NCBI GenBank assembly: GCA_038891035.1
Contig: JAWAEW010000006.1
Coordinates: 2,221-66,220, forward strand
Reading direction: 5' to 3'
Length of the DNA stretch: 64,000 nt
From: Candidatus Anstonellaceae archaeon
GTDB taxonomy: Archaea > Micrarchaeota > Micrarchaeia > Anstonellales > Anstonellaceae
Shown: in pieces, positions 1-9,086 of the stretch
Numbering within the stretch: the stretch's first letter is position 1
Layout: each line of letters begins with the position of its first letter
Notes under the pieces: generated by a model
Databases searched by the model: none
Told to the model about the DNA's origin: nothing
What the model saw: only the letters and a program-made list of their open reading frames with translations
Position numbers and translations under genes: made by a program

Positions 1-703
1 AAAAGAACAGCCTATTGCTGACTTTTACCTCAAGTATCTGGCCTTGGCTGAGGCTTCCCATTATTTTGCCATCTACGAAAAAGTGGGCTTTGGGATTTCC
101 TGAAAGATGAAGCTTGCACTTACTTGAAGGAGACAGAATTATAGGCTTAAAAGTTCGCCTGAACGGACAGATTGCGACTGCCTGATAAGAATTGCTTTCT
201 TTTGGCATTTGTTTACCGCCACAAGAATAGCAATATGCAGGAGAGCCTGTGGGCGTGGAAAAAAGAATTCCGTCTGCTCTGAACGCATATTTTTTCTTGC
301 CTACAAAAAGCTGAAAGGATAGAAGTTGGGGCTTTGTGCTTCTCACTCCAACCTCATTTAGAGCGGGTGGAAATTGTTTTTTGCCGATTTTTGCCTCAAG
401 AAGTATGCGTGGCTCCTTGCGGAAACCTTTCAACACACGCAAAAGCTTTTGCTTCCAGTCGGAGAAAGTTGCCTGACAAATAAAGCTTGTTTTGCTTCCA
501 ATCGAAAAGAAAGGTACGCCATAGTATTTTTTTGCAAAAAGCACCGTGCCATCTCCACCAACTGTGACCACAAGCTGTGGCAAGTTGTTTGTAATCAGGA
601 TATTGAAAGTGCTCAGAAACCTTTTCACCTGCTTTGCAATATCTTTTGCAGCCTGCTTTTTTGGATTCGAAATAATTACTGCCCGTCTCAACATTTTGCC
701 ACC

Positions 704-1600
704 TTAAAGTTTGAATTTACTCATAATGAATTTTCTTGAAGGCAAGGATTGCGCACCTTTGCGAAGTACTTTGGCTGCAGCTACTGCATTTGCAAATCTT
801 ACTGATTCAAAAAGCGAGCGCTTTTCCAAAATTCCTGCGATAAAGCCTGCACAAAAAGCATCACCTGCCCCCAAAGTATCTACGGCCTTTACCTTGAAAG
901 GCTCCACTGAAAATGATTGCCCGTGGTTAGTTTTGACTATTATTTCTTTGCCCCCCTGCTTTATCAGGCAAACCAGATTGAACTTTTTTGCAAGACGGCT
1001 TGCCTCGGCTTCCTCTCTGCTTCCAGTAAGTGCATAAAGCTCTTTGCGGTTAATGATAAGAAAGTCGCATCTTTTCAGCACTGAAGAAAGCATTCTTTCT
1101 CCAAAATGCGATGCAGACCTGCCAGGATCAAAGGATATAGGAAGCCCATACGAGTAGGCGATCTTGCTTGCAGACTCAAGAAGGTGCTTTGCACAGCCGC
1201 TTAGATGCACAAATTTTGCTTCTTTTATGTAATCTTTATCAATTGCCCTTTTTCTGTCTGCCACCCCATAATCTTCCAGAATCCTAACCTCGCCATGCGA
1301 ATCTATTATTATGACCGAAAGACCACTGATGCCATTGAAAACCCTCACTTGGGATGTATCTACTTTGAATCGCGCAAGCTCTTCGAGTAGGAATTTGCCA
1401 TGCCTATCTGAGCCGACATTGCCGATTACTCCAGAAGAGAAGCCCAGCTTGCGCAAATTTACTGCTATATTTGCTGCTGATCCCCCGCCTCCTACCTTTG
1501 GATGCATTCGCATTACAGCAGTTTGATCTGGCTGAGGAAATTCTACTACGTAATTTCTTATATCATAAATTATGTGGCCTACAGTCACTACATCAGGCAT
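704..1600 (-). CDS. PfkB-family carbohydrate kinase (ribokinase-like)
   Basis: 298 aa; N-terminal GG motif region 'VGGGGSAANIAVNL' and C-terminal 'DTLGAGDAFCAGF' anion-hole motif typical of ribokinase/PfkB superfamily. Confidence 0.75.
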   Translation of the reverse strand: MPDVVTVGHIIYDIRNYVVEFPQPDQTAVMRMHPKVGGGGSAANIAVNLRKLGFSSGVIGNVGSDRHGKFLLEELARFKVDTSQVRVFNGISGLSVIIIDSHGEVRILEDYGVADRKRAIDKDYIKEAKFVHLSGCAKHLLESASKIAYSYGLPISFDPGRSASHFGERMLSSVLKRCDFLIINRKELYALTGSREEAEASRLAKKFNLVCLIKQGGKEIIVKTNHGQSFSVEPFKVKAVDTLGAGDAFCAGFIAGILEKRSLFESVRFANAVAAAKVLRKGAQSLPSRKFIMSKFKL

Positions 1601-1650
1601 GCAGGTATGACTACTTTTACATTTTAAAATTTGGTGGCAAAAGCTTCAAT

Positions 1651-2610
1651 ATGGATATTGAAGCCCTCCTGCAGCAGCATCTTGGAAAAAAAACAGAAGA
1701 AGCAATTCGCCACAAGATCGAGGAGTTTGGAGGGCTGCTTACAAGAGAAGCGGCAATTAGGCTGCTTTGCAAACAACATGGAATATACATTCAAAATCCC
1801 ATCAAGCTTGCTGATGCAAGTAAGACTATTTTGCCTTTCAGCTTCCGTGCAAAAGTTAGAAGGATTTTTCCTGTTCAATATTACAATGACAAGGATTACT
1901 CCGTGAGAATACATGTATATGACCATACTGCTGAAGCTATTGTAATCTTGTGGAACGAACAGGCAAAGATTGCATTTGAGCTTTGCCAAAATGACGAAGT
2001 AGAAGGGAAAGAAGCATATTTCAGAAATGGCGAGATATGGATAGGAAAAACTGGCTTTTTGAGGCTGTTGCAGCCTGCGCCACGCATGCAGGTAGAGGAA
2101 CTTACTGCAGGAGTTTGCACTGTGGAAGGAAGAGTGGGCGAAATTGAGCCAGATTATTTTTATGTTGATAAAAAGACAGGAAAGGAAAGGAAGATGTCTT
2201 CTTTTCAGCTTTGTGGAAGACAGCAGTGCAGACGGGTGGTGATCTGGATAGATGATTTTGATTATTCTTCTTATGGACTTTCTGTTGGGGACTTTGTGGT
2301 GCTAGACGGAGTGATATTCAAAAGTGGAGAGATACACTTCAATTCTAAATCAAGGCTGATAAAAAATGCAAAACGCGAAGAAGGCAGGGTGAAATCAGTA
2401 TATGTTGAAGGCCAAGAATGCATACTTGAAATAGAGAATAAAAGATTCAAAATATCATTGCCGCAGGCTTTGCAGATCTTTGGCATAATGCAAGTTCCGC
2501 AAGGTGTAAGCCCACAGACACTTATTCAAATAAAAGGAAAAGCAATGCAAGGCAGACAAGTATTGTATACAGCAAAAGAAGAAAGGTTGATCTGGATAGG
2601 TGAAAAATAA
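1651..2610 (+). CDS. RPA-like single-stranded DNA-binding protein (three OB-fold-like segments)
   Basis: ORF track starts at 1471 but that overlaps the convergent kinase gene; internal ATG at 1651 (MDIEALLQ). N-terminus 'EEAIRHKIEEFGGLLTREAAIRLLCKQHG' and OB-fold signature 'FRAKVRRIFPV...VYDHTAEAIVILWNEQA' resemble euryarchaeal RPA. Confidence 0.55.
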   Translation: MDIEALLQQHLGKKTEEAIRHKIEEFGGLLTREAAIRLLCKQHGIYIQNPIKLADASKTILPFSFRAKVRRIFPVQYYNDKDYSVRIHVYDHTAEAIVILWNEQAKIAFELCQNDEVEGKEAYFRNGEIWIGKTGFLRLLQPAPRMQVEELTAGVCTVEGRVGEIEPDYFYVDKKTGKERKMSSFQLCGRQQCRRVVIWIDDFDYSSYGLSVGDFVVLDGVIFKSGEIHFNSKSRLIKNAKREEGRVKSVYVEGQECILEIENKRFKISLPQALQIFGIMQVPQGVSPQTLIQIKGKAMQGRQVLYTAKEERLIWIGEK

Positions 2611-2629
2611 AAAAAAGAAGAAGAGTTTT

Positions 2630-3091
2630 TTAGGAGTGGTATTTGCCAATCAGTGGCTTCATTCCGTATTGTGTTTGTGGGAGCCCGTTTGGAGTTGTGT
2701 AAGATATTCGTACATCATATTCGTATGTCCCACCTACAGAGCCAGCGCCCGCACCTGAAAGCGGAATTATCCTTTGGTCTCCAGATGCGAGTACTGTCGG
2801 AGTAGAATATGAAGCATTGCCAACTGTAATGTTGGTAATTGTAAGGGTGCCAGCTGCATCTCTGTTTACTATCAAGATGCTCCCATTTCCAGAAGAGTCA
2901 AACGAGTGCTCAAGAATTCCAAAAGGCATGGCTTCTCCGCGCCAGTATGCATTTGACTGCGTAATTTTTGCATCAGATGCAAGCCCTGGGAAAAACCCAA
3001 GAAGAGCTATTGACACCAGTGCAATTATCAAAACCACTGCAAGCAACACAAGATACTCAGTTGCACCTTGCCCTTTCATATGAATATTCAT
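2630..3091 (-). CDS. archaeal type IV pilin-like protein (class III signal peptide), putative major pilin
   Basis: N-terminus MNIHMKGQGATEYLVLLAVVLIIALVSIALLG = basic residue + G, Q at +1, then ~22 hydrophobic residues (prepilin peptidase substrate pattern); mature part beta-rich with N-x-S/T sequons (NITVGNASYS). Confidence 0.65.
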   Translation of the reverse strand: MNIHMKGQGATEYLVLLAVVLIIALVSIALLGFFPGLASDAKITQSNAYWRGEAMPFGILEHSFDSSGNGSILIVNRDAAGTLTITNITVGNASYSTPTVLASGDQRIIPLSGAGAGSVGGTYEYDVRISYTTPNGLPQTQYGMKPLIGKYHS

Positions 3092-3213
3092 CTCATCCCT
3101 CCTGTTCGCCTTCGGGTTTTTAACCCTCTGTAGCAACATTCGAAAGTAGAATATAAAAAGCTTTTCGTTTGTCTTCAGCCAAAATTAAATAATAGCATGC
3201 AAAAAAACAGCAC

Positions 3214-4482
3214 ATGAAATATTTGTTGATATTTGGTCTGTGCTTGCTGTTTTTTAGTGGATGGCTTCATGCAGGCTATACGCAAAAGCTGCTGGTGCAA
3301 GTTTTTGACCAAGCACTAAGACCAGTAAGTGGTGCAGAGGTATATGTGGAGTATCAAGTAAACTCAGTGATCGGCTATGCCAAAACAAAACCAAAACTTA
3401 CATCTGAAAATGGAACTGCTGAGATTACATTCACAAGCTGGGAAGAGCTTGAGTCTCAAACAAAATATACCTACACTTTGTATGTAAAGTATGGCAGTGA
3501 ACTTAAGACTGCTAATTTGGTGGTGGAAAAACCGCCAAGAGATAGGACCTATAGCATGCAAGTTACTGCGTTTTTTGCAGTTGTGCATGTGCGCGATCAG
3601 ACTGGCAAGCCTCTTTCTGCAAAAATTACCATAGGTAATAAGACATTGATGACTGGTATTGGAAAGGATGCTGTTTTTCAGCTTCCTCCAGGCAAGTACA
3701 ATGTGAGGGCGGAAATAGATGGGACTGTGAAAAATGCTGATCTTATTCTTGACAAGGACCAGACAGTGGTAATAGAGATCCCACGCTACAAACTTGAAGT
3801 GCAAGTATTGGATGATTTCGCAAGGCCGCTTGAGGCTGAAGTAGAGCTTGAGACACAAAAGAAAAACACTATAGAAGGGCTAGTACGGTTCGAAAACCTT
3901 ACAAACGAAAGACCGCAGCTTACTGTCCGCTATAACCAAAGTTTCAAGCGCATGACTCTTAATTTGAAGACCGATGACAAAGTGCAAATAGTATTTGATA
4001 GGACTGCACCGAAAATTGCAGACATGTATCATAGCATACAAAAAAGCGGGGAAGCTGTGGTGAATGTTTACGTGCAGGAGCCTGGATCAAAGGCAAGTGG
4101 AATTGCAACCGTAGTTTTGTATTATGAAATTGGGAACATCACGTCCTCGGTTTCAGCTTACACGATTGGCTATAATACATATGAAGCCAAGATTCCTCCT
4201 GTCCCAAAGGATATGCCTGTCAGATACACAGTAAAAGTCACTGATAGGGAAGGAAACGAAGGAATTGCAAGCGGAACTTACACAATCCCAACTGAAAAGA
4301 AGAAGGATGAGAAAAAGAAGGAGGAGGGCTTATTTGACATGAATTTTGGTCTTGAACATTATGGGGCAGCATTTCTTTTCGTGCTTGCCATCATGTATGT
4401 GATAAAATATTATCAGAAAAAGAAAAAAGAGAAAGAACTGGAAAGAGAAATGGCAGAGATAACCTCGCCTCCGCCATCCTAA
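3214..4482 (+). CDS. secreted cell-surface protein with Sec signal peptide and C-terminal TM anchor + lysine-rich tail
   Basis: N-term MKYLLIFGLCLLFFSGWLHA signal peptide; repeated beta-rich modules; C-term 'AAFLFVLAIMYVIKYYQKKKKEKELE' hydrophobic anchor followed by K/E-rich tail. Confidence 0.55.
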   Translation: MKYLLIFGLCLLFFSGWLHAGYTQKLLVQVFDQALRPVSGAEVYVEYQVNSVIGYAKTKPKLTSENGTAEITFTSWEELESQTKYTYTLYVKYGSELKTANLVVEKPPRDRTYSMQVTAFFAVVHVRDQTGKPLSAKITIGNKTLMTGIGKDAVFQLPPGKYNVRAEIDGTVKNADLILDKDQTVVIEIPRYKLEVQVLDDFARPLEAEVELETQKKNTIEGLVRFENLTNERPQLTVRYNQSFKRMTLNLKTDDKVQIVFDRTAPKIADMYHSIQKSGEAVVNVYVQEPGSKASGIATVVLYYEIGNITSSVSAYTIGYNTYEAKIPPVPKDMPVRYTVKVTDREGNEGIASGTYTIPTEKKKDEKKKEEGLFDMNFGLEHYGAAFLFVLAIMYVIKYYQKKKKEKELEREMAEITSPPPS

Positions 4483-4508
4483 TATTTTTTATGCTTCTAA
4501 ATATTTTT

Positions 4509-4617
4509 GCAGGGATGGCGGAGCCAGGTTTAACGCGCCAGACTCAAGATCTGCCTTATGGCAATAAGCAATCTGGTGACTTTAGGTCATCGGGAGTTCA
4601 AATCTCCCTCCCTGCAT
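4509..4617 (+). tRNA. tRNA-Leu (anticodon CAA) with ~22-nt intron adjacent to the anticodon loop
   Basis: Acceptor stem GCAGGGA/TCCCTGC, D-arm GCGGAGCCAGGTTTAACGC, anticodon stem CCAGA/TCTGG with loop CTCAAGA, long variable arm TGACTTTAGGTCA (class II tRNA), T-arm GGGAGTTCAAATCTCCC; extra CCTTATGGCAATAAGCAATCTG between anticodon loop and 3' anticodon stem consistent with archaeal bulge-helix-bulge intron. Confidence 0.7.
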
Positions 4618-4622
4618 TCCCT

Positions 4623-4670
4623 AGGGGGCACTAAGATAAACCTCAAAGCCCCCTGAGGGTTCACCCCCAA
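4623..4670. repeat. GC-rich inverted repeats / tRNA-like fragment immediately 3' of tRNA-Leu
   Basis: AGGGGGC(4623-4629)...GCCCCCT(4648-4654) inverted repeat followed by GAGGGTTCACCCCC (T-arm-like); direct repeat GGGCACTAA at 4626 and 4692. Confidence 0.3.
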
Positions 4671-4863
4671 AGGCAACCGCAAAAATTTTTTGGGCACTAA
4701 AAGAAACTTTATGGTTTTCTGAGAAATAACATTCAAAAGAGAACTGAAAGAGAGAAACGTCATTTAAAAATGAATAATTTTTCCTTCTTACTCTTAATGA
4801 ATATTCAGATGGAGGTAGTGTTCTTCTTCCTGTAAAACTTCAACCTTTTTGTGTTTGCTCTTC

Positions 4864-5430
4864 CTAACGCTTTGCAATTTTAAGAAAATTAGAGTATATC
4901 TGGCTTCCGTATTGTGTGTGTTCTACTTCTGGGTGGAATAGGCAGCCGTATATAGGGGCAGATAAGGATTTGAAAGCATGGTTAGAGCAGTCTTTTGAAT
5001 GAGCAAGTATGCGGAAATTAGGAGTATTTACTACTTCATCATTGTGGCTTGCCCAAACTGTAAATTTGGACGGGAGACCTTCGAAAATTTCATTGTGATC
5101 ATCTATGAAAAGCTCCACTTGTCCATATTCTGGAACTTTTGATTCTTGAGCGGTTCCTCCAAAATAAAGTCCTATAAATTGCTGGCCTGCACAGATCCCC
5201 ATTATTGGACCTTTAAACTCTTTCAAATATTTTGCGGCATTACCTGTTTGTGTTGCATCTCCCAGCGCTATTCTAATTGCACCTCCAGAAAAAATCAGAG
5301 CATCAAAATCCATGATCTTTTTTACAGGGGTAGTGACGGGGAGTATTTCCGAATTTGTATTCAGATATTTTAATGTGCGATGGATTCTGTGAGTCCATTG
5401 CGAGCCAAAATCTATGATTGCGACCTTCAT
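4864..5430 (-). CDS. guaAA: GMP synthase, glutamine amidotransferase subunit A (split archaeal type)
   Basis: 188 aa class I GATase; catalytic 'GICAGQQ' cysteine motif and C-terminal 'HPE' histidine; directly precedes ATP-pyrophosphatase subunit. Confidence 0.85.
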   Translation of the reverse strand: MKVAIIDFGSQWTHRIHRTLKYLNTNSEILPVTTPVKKIMDFDALIFSGGAIRIALGDATQTGNAAKYLKEFKGPIMGICAGQQFIGLYFGGTAQESKVPEYGQVELFIDDHNEIFEGLPSKFTVWASHNDEVVNTPNFRILAHSKDCSNHAFKSLSAPIYGCLFHPEVEHTQYGSQIYSNFLKIAKR

Positions 5431-5434
5431 GTTT

Positions 5435-6400
5435 TCACTCCCATTCTATTGTTGCAGGTGGCTTACTCGTAACATCAAAAACCACGCGATTGACATATTT
5501 TTTCAACTCGCGTGTTATCCTATTTGCGATTGATTCCAGCACTGCCGGCGGAAGTGGTGAGGCTTTTGCAGTCATTCCGTCTATGCTTTCTACAGCACGT
5601 ATTACAACGGTGTAACCATAAGCGCGGGCATCCCCAAGCACCCCAACTGATTTCATTGGGAGAAGCACTGCAAAATATTGCCACGGAAGCTGGATTGTTC
5701 CTTCTGATGCAGCTTTTTCAACTTCTTCTTCAACAATTGCACAAGCTTGTCTGATTATTTCGATTTTTTCTTGCGTGATTGGTCCTAAGATTCGCACTGC
5801 CAGACCGGGTCCTGGAAAAGGCTGACGCTTACATATTTTTTCAGGCAAGCCAAGCAAGAAAGCTACTTTCCTTACTTCATCTTTGTAAAGCTCACGGAGA
5901 GGTTCTATAAGGAACATGCCCATCTTTTTTGGCAACCCACCTACATTGTGATGAGACTTAATAGTGTCTCTAAGACCTGCTCCAGATTCTATCCAGTCAG
6001 GAGCAATCGTGCCTTGCACTAAGAATTTTGCCTTTACCTTTTTTGCTTCTGCCTCAAAGACTTTGATGAAAAGCTTACCTATTATTTTTCGCTTTTTTTC
6101 CGGGTCGGATACACCTTTTAGTGTCGCAAGAAACTTTTGGCTTGCATCGATTATCTTGACATTCACACCTGCTTCGGCAAGAGATGATTTGACTTCTTCT
6201 GCTTCATTTTTTCTCATTAGACCGGTATCTACAAAAATACAATGGACTTTTTTACCCAAGGCTCTTGTCGCAAGGACTGCAGCCACTGATGAGTCTACTC
6301 CTCCCGAAACTGCAATTATTGCAGTTCCGTCCTTTGCCGATTTCTTGATTTCTTGAATTGCTTCTTGGATGAAAGCCTCAGGATCAAACATTCGTTTCAC
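5435..6400 (-). CDS. guaAB: GMP synthase, ATP pyrophosphatase subunit B
   Basis: PP-loop 'VSGGVDSS' and GMP-synthase C-terminal dimerisation domain ending 'ATIEWE'; 4-nt gap to subunit A. Confidence 0.85.
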   Translation of the reverse strand: MKRMFDPEAFIQEAIQEIKKSAKDGTAIIAVSGGVDSSVAAVLATRALGKKVHCIFVDTGLMRKNEAEEVKSSLAEAGVNVKIIDASQKFLATLKGVSDPEKKRKIIGKLFIKVFEAEAKKVKAKFLVQGTIAPDWIESGAGLRDTIKSHHNVGGLPKKMGMFLIEPLRELYKDEVRKVAFLLGLPEKICKRQPFPGPGLAVRILGPITQEKIEIIRQACAIVEEEVEKAASEGTIQLPWQYFAVLLPMKSVGVLGDARAYGYTVVIRAVESIDGMTAKASPLPPAVLESIANRITRELKKYVNRVVFDVTSKPPATIEWE

Positions 6401-7518
6401 CTTTTGTGCTTCTTGTGGTGTTGCTTTCTTCTAAGTAAAAGTAAAAATGCTGCTATTGCAAAGAAAAGTCCTGCGCCAAGCAAGGCAAAAATCAAATTGC
6501 TTTCAATATCGGACTTTAACCTATTTTCCTTTGTTGGCTCCTGCTGCTGTTGCTGTGGCTGGGTTTGGTTTATTGCCAAGCTGTCTTTGTCGTTTGAGAT
6601 TTTGGATTCAGACATTGGTTCTGTAGCTTCGTTTTCTATTATTAGCTCGTAAGATAGGTTCTGATATGAAAAAATATATTTTCCTGCTTCTGCTGCATTC
6701 AGATACGCTGTTCCATTTGAAGATGTAGTTAGAAATATTTGCCCTGATGGAGTTTCTGCCTGGATTTTTTCGCCTTCAAGAGGCTTGCTTCCATTGAGAA
6801 GCTGTAATGCAATAAGTGAGTGCGTTTTGTTTTCAGATGTGACAATTAAGGCAATTTTTGGCGGCTCTTGCGGCTTTGCTTGCTCAAGCACTACATTAAG
6901 CTGTGCAAAATCTGACAAATAAAGCTGTTGAATTTCCTCTTTTGGAATAAAGCCTTCTGCTTCAAATGCTATCCTATATTGCCCCTCTGGCAAAAAAGAA
7001 ATTAGGAAATATCCGTCCTTGTTTGGAATATTGTCCTTTTTGTGGTTGAGTCTTGCTATCACTTTTGAATCGGAGTACAATGTGATTGAAGAATTGGAAA
7101 AGTCTTTGGGTCCTTCTATTCTGCCCCAAATACCTGCATATGCGATCTGCTCGCGCATGATATAGGTGATGTTTCTATTCATATCTATCTGAACGAGATG
7201 GACGTGGGTGGGGTATCCACCTCTTTTCAGAATTACAAAATAGCTCCCAGGCAATACTTCAAATGTGGCAGTTCCGTCTTTTCCTGCTTTTGAAGAGGCA
7301 ATTTCTACTCCTTCGTGAAGGATGGAAATATTTGTTCCAACTGCAATTGTGTCAGGAGGGACAAGGACTTTTATTTGGAGAGTGTAGGAAGAAACCAAGG
7401 ATAGAAGGCAAAGCACTAAAGTCACCCATAATCTATTCACGAAACCACCTATCGAATCTAATTGTGCAACCAATAAAAGGCTACTGCCTCCAACATGCAA
7501 TAGTAATTGCCTCTGCAT
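6397..7518 (-). CDS. secreted surface protein with carboxypeptidase-regulatory-like beta domains, Q-rich linker and C-terminal TM anchor + basic tail
   Basis: hydrophobic signal-like segment [16 protein letters not shown] (true start may be internal GTG near 7440); C-term '[32 protein letters not shown]'; co-directional and directly downstream of four pilin-like genes. Confidence 0.5.
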   Translation of the reverse strand: MQRQLLLHVGGSSLLLVAQLDSIGGFVNRLWVTLVLCLLSLVSSYTLQIKVLVPPDTIAVGTNISILHEGVEIASSKAGKDGTATFEVLPGSYFVILKRGGYPTHVHLVQIDMNRNITYIMREQIAYAGIWGRIEGPKDFSNSSITLYSDSKVIARLNHKKDNIPNKDGYFLISFLPEGQYRIAFEAEGFIPKEEIQQLYLSDFAQLNVVLEQAKPQEPPKIALIVTSENKTHSLIALQLLNGSKPLEGEKIQAETPSGQIFLTTSSNGTAYLNAAEAGKYIFSYQNLSYELIIENEATEPMSESKISNDKDSLAINQTQPQQQQQEPTKENRLKSDIESNLIFALLGAGLFFAIAAFLLLLRRKQHHKKHKR

Positions 7519-7822
7519 GGCTGTTTCTCCAAACTGGAAAAGTAATGCTGGTCTTGCTGCCTCCTAAGTACGCGCAGGTTGAAAGCTCTTCTGCTTGAAA
7601 GCAGATGCCAGAAAGATTGGAGATAAGATGGAGCCTTTCGTTCAGAACTGCTTCATCTGAGAAAGATGAGGAATCGATTAGCACTTGCACGGCATCAAAG
7701 CACAGGAAAAGGTCTGGCTCGCTGGCGGTTTTGGCTTCAAAGGTATGAAGTAAAAGGGCAGCCTGCACTAAAAGGATAAATGAGGCTACTGCTTCTAATG
7801 ACATTGCAAATGCTTTTTTCAT
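7481..7822 (-). CDS. pilin-like protein with class III-type signal peptide
   Basis: Preferred start MKKAFAMSLEAVASFILLVQAALLL (KKA then hydrophobic stretch with E at +6); ORF track start 7882 overlaps upstream gene. Confidence 0.4.
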   Translation of the reverse strand: MKKAFAMSLEAVASFILLVQAALLLHTFEAKTASEPDLFLCFDAVQVLIDSSSFSDEAVLNERLHLISNLSGICFQAEELSTCAYLGGSKTSITFPVWRNSHAEAITIACWRQ

Positions 7823-8274
7823 GACACACACACCGTAAGAAGTGCAATTTTTCCTGAAAGAAAGGCAAGCCTTTTTGTGCAATAAGCTTGTTTCCCGTCA
7901 TTACCCGCAACCCAATCCATCATTGTTTCATCCTCAAAAGCAAGGGAAGCTTTGACTGATGACAGACCAAATGCATCTCTTATAGGCCTCAAATCAAAGT
8001 CTGTCTTGCCTTCATAAAGAGAATCCAAAAGGACATACGAAATCCTTATCGAAAGTAAAGTGTATGATACTGAATTTGAGTAATATGAGAAACTTTCTGA
8101 AGCAAAATAGAGAAGCTGTAGGAATGTCAAAAAGATGATGAGCGTTGAGAGGAACGCAATCGAGGCATCCAAAGAAAAAAACGCTTTAATGAAGTTTGAT
8201 TTGCACATAAAGCTTTCCCTCCGCATCCACTGAAGCGTTGTGAAGGAGCCTCTCACTGACATTTTTGTTGCCAC
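7819..8274 (-). CDS. pilin-like protein (class III-type signal peptide), start uncertain
   Basis: N-terminal region ...MCKSNFIKAFFSLDASIAFLSTLIIFLTFLQLLYF: basic residue + A followed by ~25 hydrophobic residues; several alternative in-frame starts (8262, 8226, 8208). Confidence 0.4.
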   Translation of the reverse strand: MATKMSVRGSFTTLQWMRRESFMCKSNFIKAFFSLDASIAFLSTLIIFLTFLQLLYFASESFSYYSNSVSYTLLSIRISYVLLDSLYEGKTDFDLRPIRDAFGLSSVKASLAFEDETMMDWVAGNDGKQAYCTKRLAFLSGKIALLTVCVS

Positions 8275-8533
8275 AGTGAAAAATTTGGCTCATATTTATG
8301 CAAAGCCACGAAAAGTCTTCATATGACTTTATGTGCGCCTTTGAAACGGCAGCAGTATCAAGCAAGAAAGCAGCTTTGGCAAGCTGGATTTTTTGGTAAT
8401 TTGCATTTATCTTTTGGGCTTCGCTTTCTACAAGATGATTTGCTGAAAGAGAAAGTATAGAGATGGCTAAAAGTAGGGCAAAAAAAGAGACAAGGGCTTC
8501 AATTGAGGATTGGCCACGAAATGTTGGCTGCAT
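8186..8533 (-). CDS. pilin-like protein with class III signal peptide
   Basis: MQPTFRGQSSIEALVSFFALLLAISILSLSA: RG|Q cleavage-type motif, E at +5, 20-residue hydrophobic helix. Confidence 0.55.
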   Translation of the reverse strand: MQPTFRGQSSIEALVSFFALLLAISILSLSANHLVESEAQKINANYQKIQLAKAAFLLDTAAVSKAHIKSYEDFSWLCINMSQIFHCGNKNVSERLLHNASVDAEGKLYVQIKLH

Positions 8534-9083
8534 TAAAACTTACCTCCTCTTCCGGAAGGCGAAATGCTGCACCTTGCCCTAAATGTTCTACAAAAATGGA
8601 AAAACCAATCGAAGGAAGATGAATACTTTGCTGGCTTAAATCTATATAGATTGACTTTAGGCATTCGCTGCTTGAGATGTGATGGGTGCTTTTTGGTAGG
8701 ACTGGTTCTTTGAGGCTTTCCATTTCTTCTGACACTAGTCGAATTTCATCGAAAGAGGGTTGGCCGCACCAAAGCTTCACCGAAAAACCTGCTTGTATTA
8801 TTTCTTGCTCAAGATTTATGAGTGCTTGGTGCACTTGCTTTTTTGCTTCCGCATATGAGTCAGTTCTGGCGGCAAAGGAAATTAAGATGCCTTTTTCTGC
8901 AGCTTCCGATGCTGCAGCATATATTGCTTTTCTGATGGCAAATGCCTCAAGCTCCACTAATTTATATTTCTCAACAGAAAATGCTGGCTTTTTTGCCTGA
9001 AGCGACAGTGAAGCAAAAGAAAGCAAAGTGAATAGGAAGATAGAGGCAACAAAAAATGTAAACAGACCTCTTGTCATCTCCAA
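8499..9083 (-). CDS. pilin-like protein with class III-type signal peptide
   Basis: MEMTRGLFTFFVASIFLFTLLSFASL: RG followed by hydrophobic helix; first gene of a four-gene overlapping operon. Confidence 0.45.
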   Translation of the reverse strand: MEMTRGLFTFFVASIFLFTLLSFASLSLQAKKPAFSVEKYKLVELEAFAIRKAIYAAASEAAEKGILISFAARTDSYAEAKKQVHQALINLEQEIIQAGFSVKLWCGQPSFDEIRLVSEEMESLKEPVLPKSTHHISSSECLKSIYIDLSQQSIHLPSIGFSIFVEHLGQGAAFRLPEEEVSFNAANISWPILN

Positions 9084-9086
9084 CCT

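Noticed and set aside
1471-1650. Upstream extension of the RPA-like ORF (ORF track start 1471)
   Set aside because: It would overlap the 3' end of the convergent PfkB kinase gene by 130 nt. The internal ATG at 1651 gives a non-overlapping gene.
3364-3858. 164-aa minus-strand ORF inside the surface-protein gene (and many similar antisense ORFs such as 5964-6356, 12774-13058, 27035-27439, 38164-38538)
   Set aside because: They lie fully within strongly supported genes on the opposite strand and have low-complexity, Cys/His/Phe-rich composition typical of shadow ORFs.
4509-4863. Integrated mobile element at the tRNA-Leu 3' end
   Set aside because: There are short direct repeats and a tRNA-like fragment. 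However, there is no integrase and no duplicated tRNA 3' segment, and a housekeeping gene (guaA) follows immediately.
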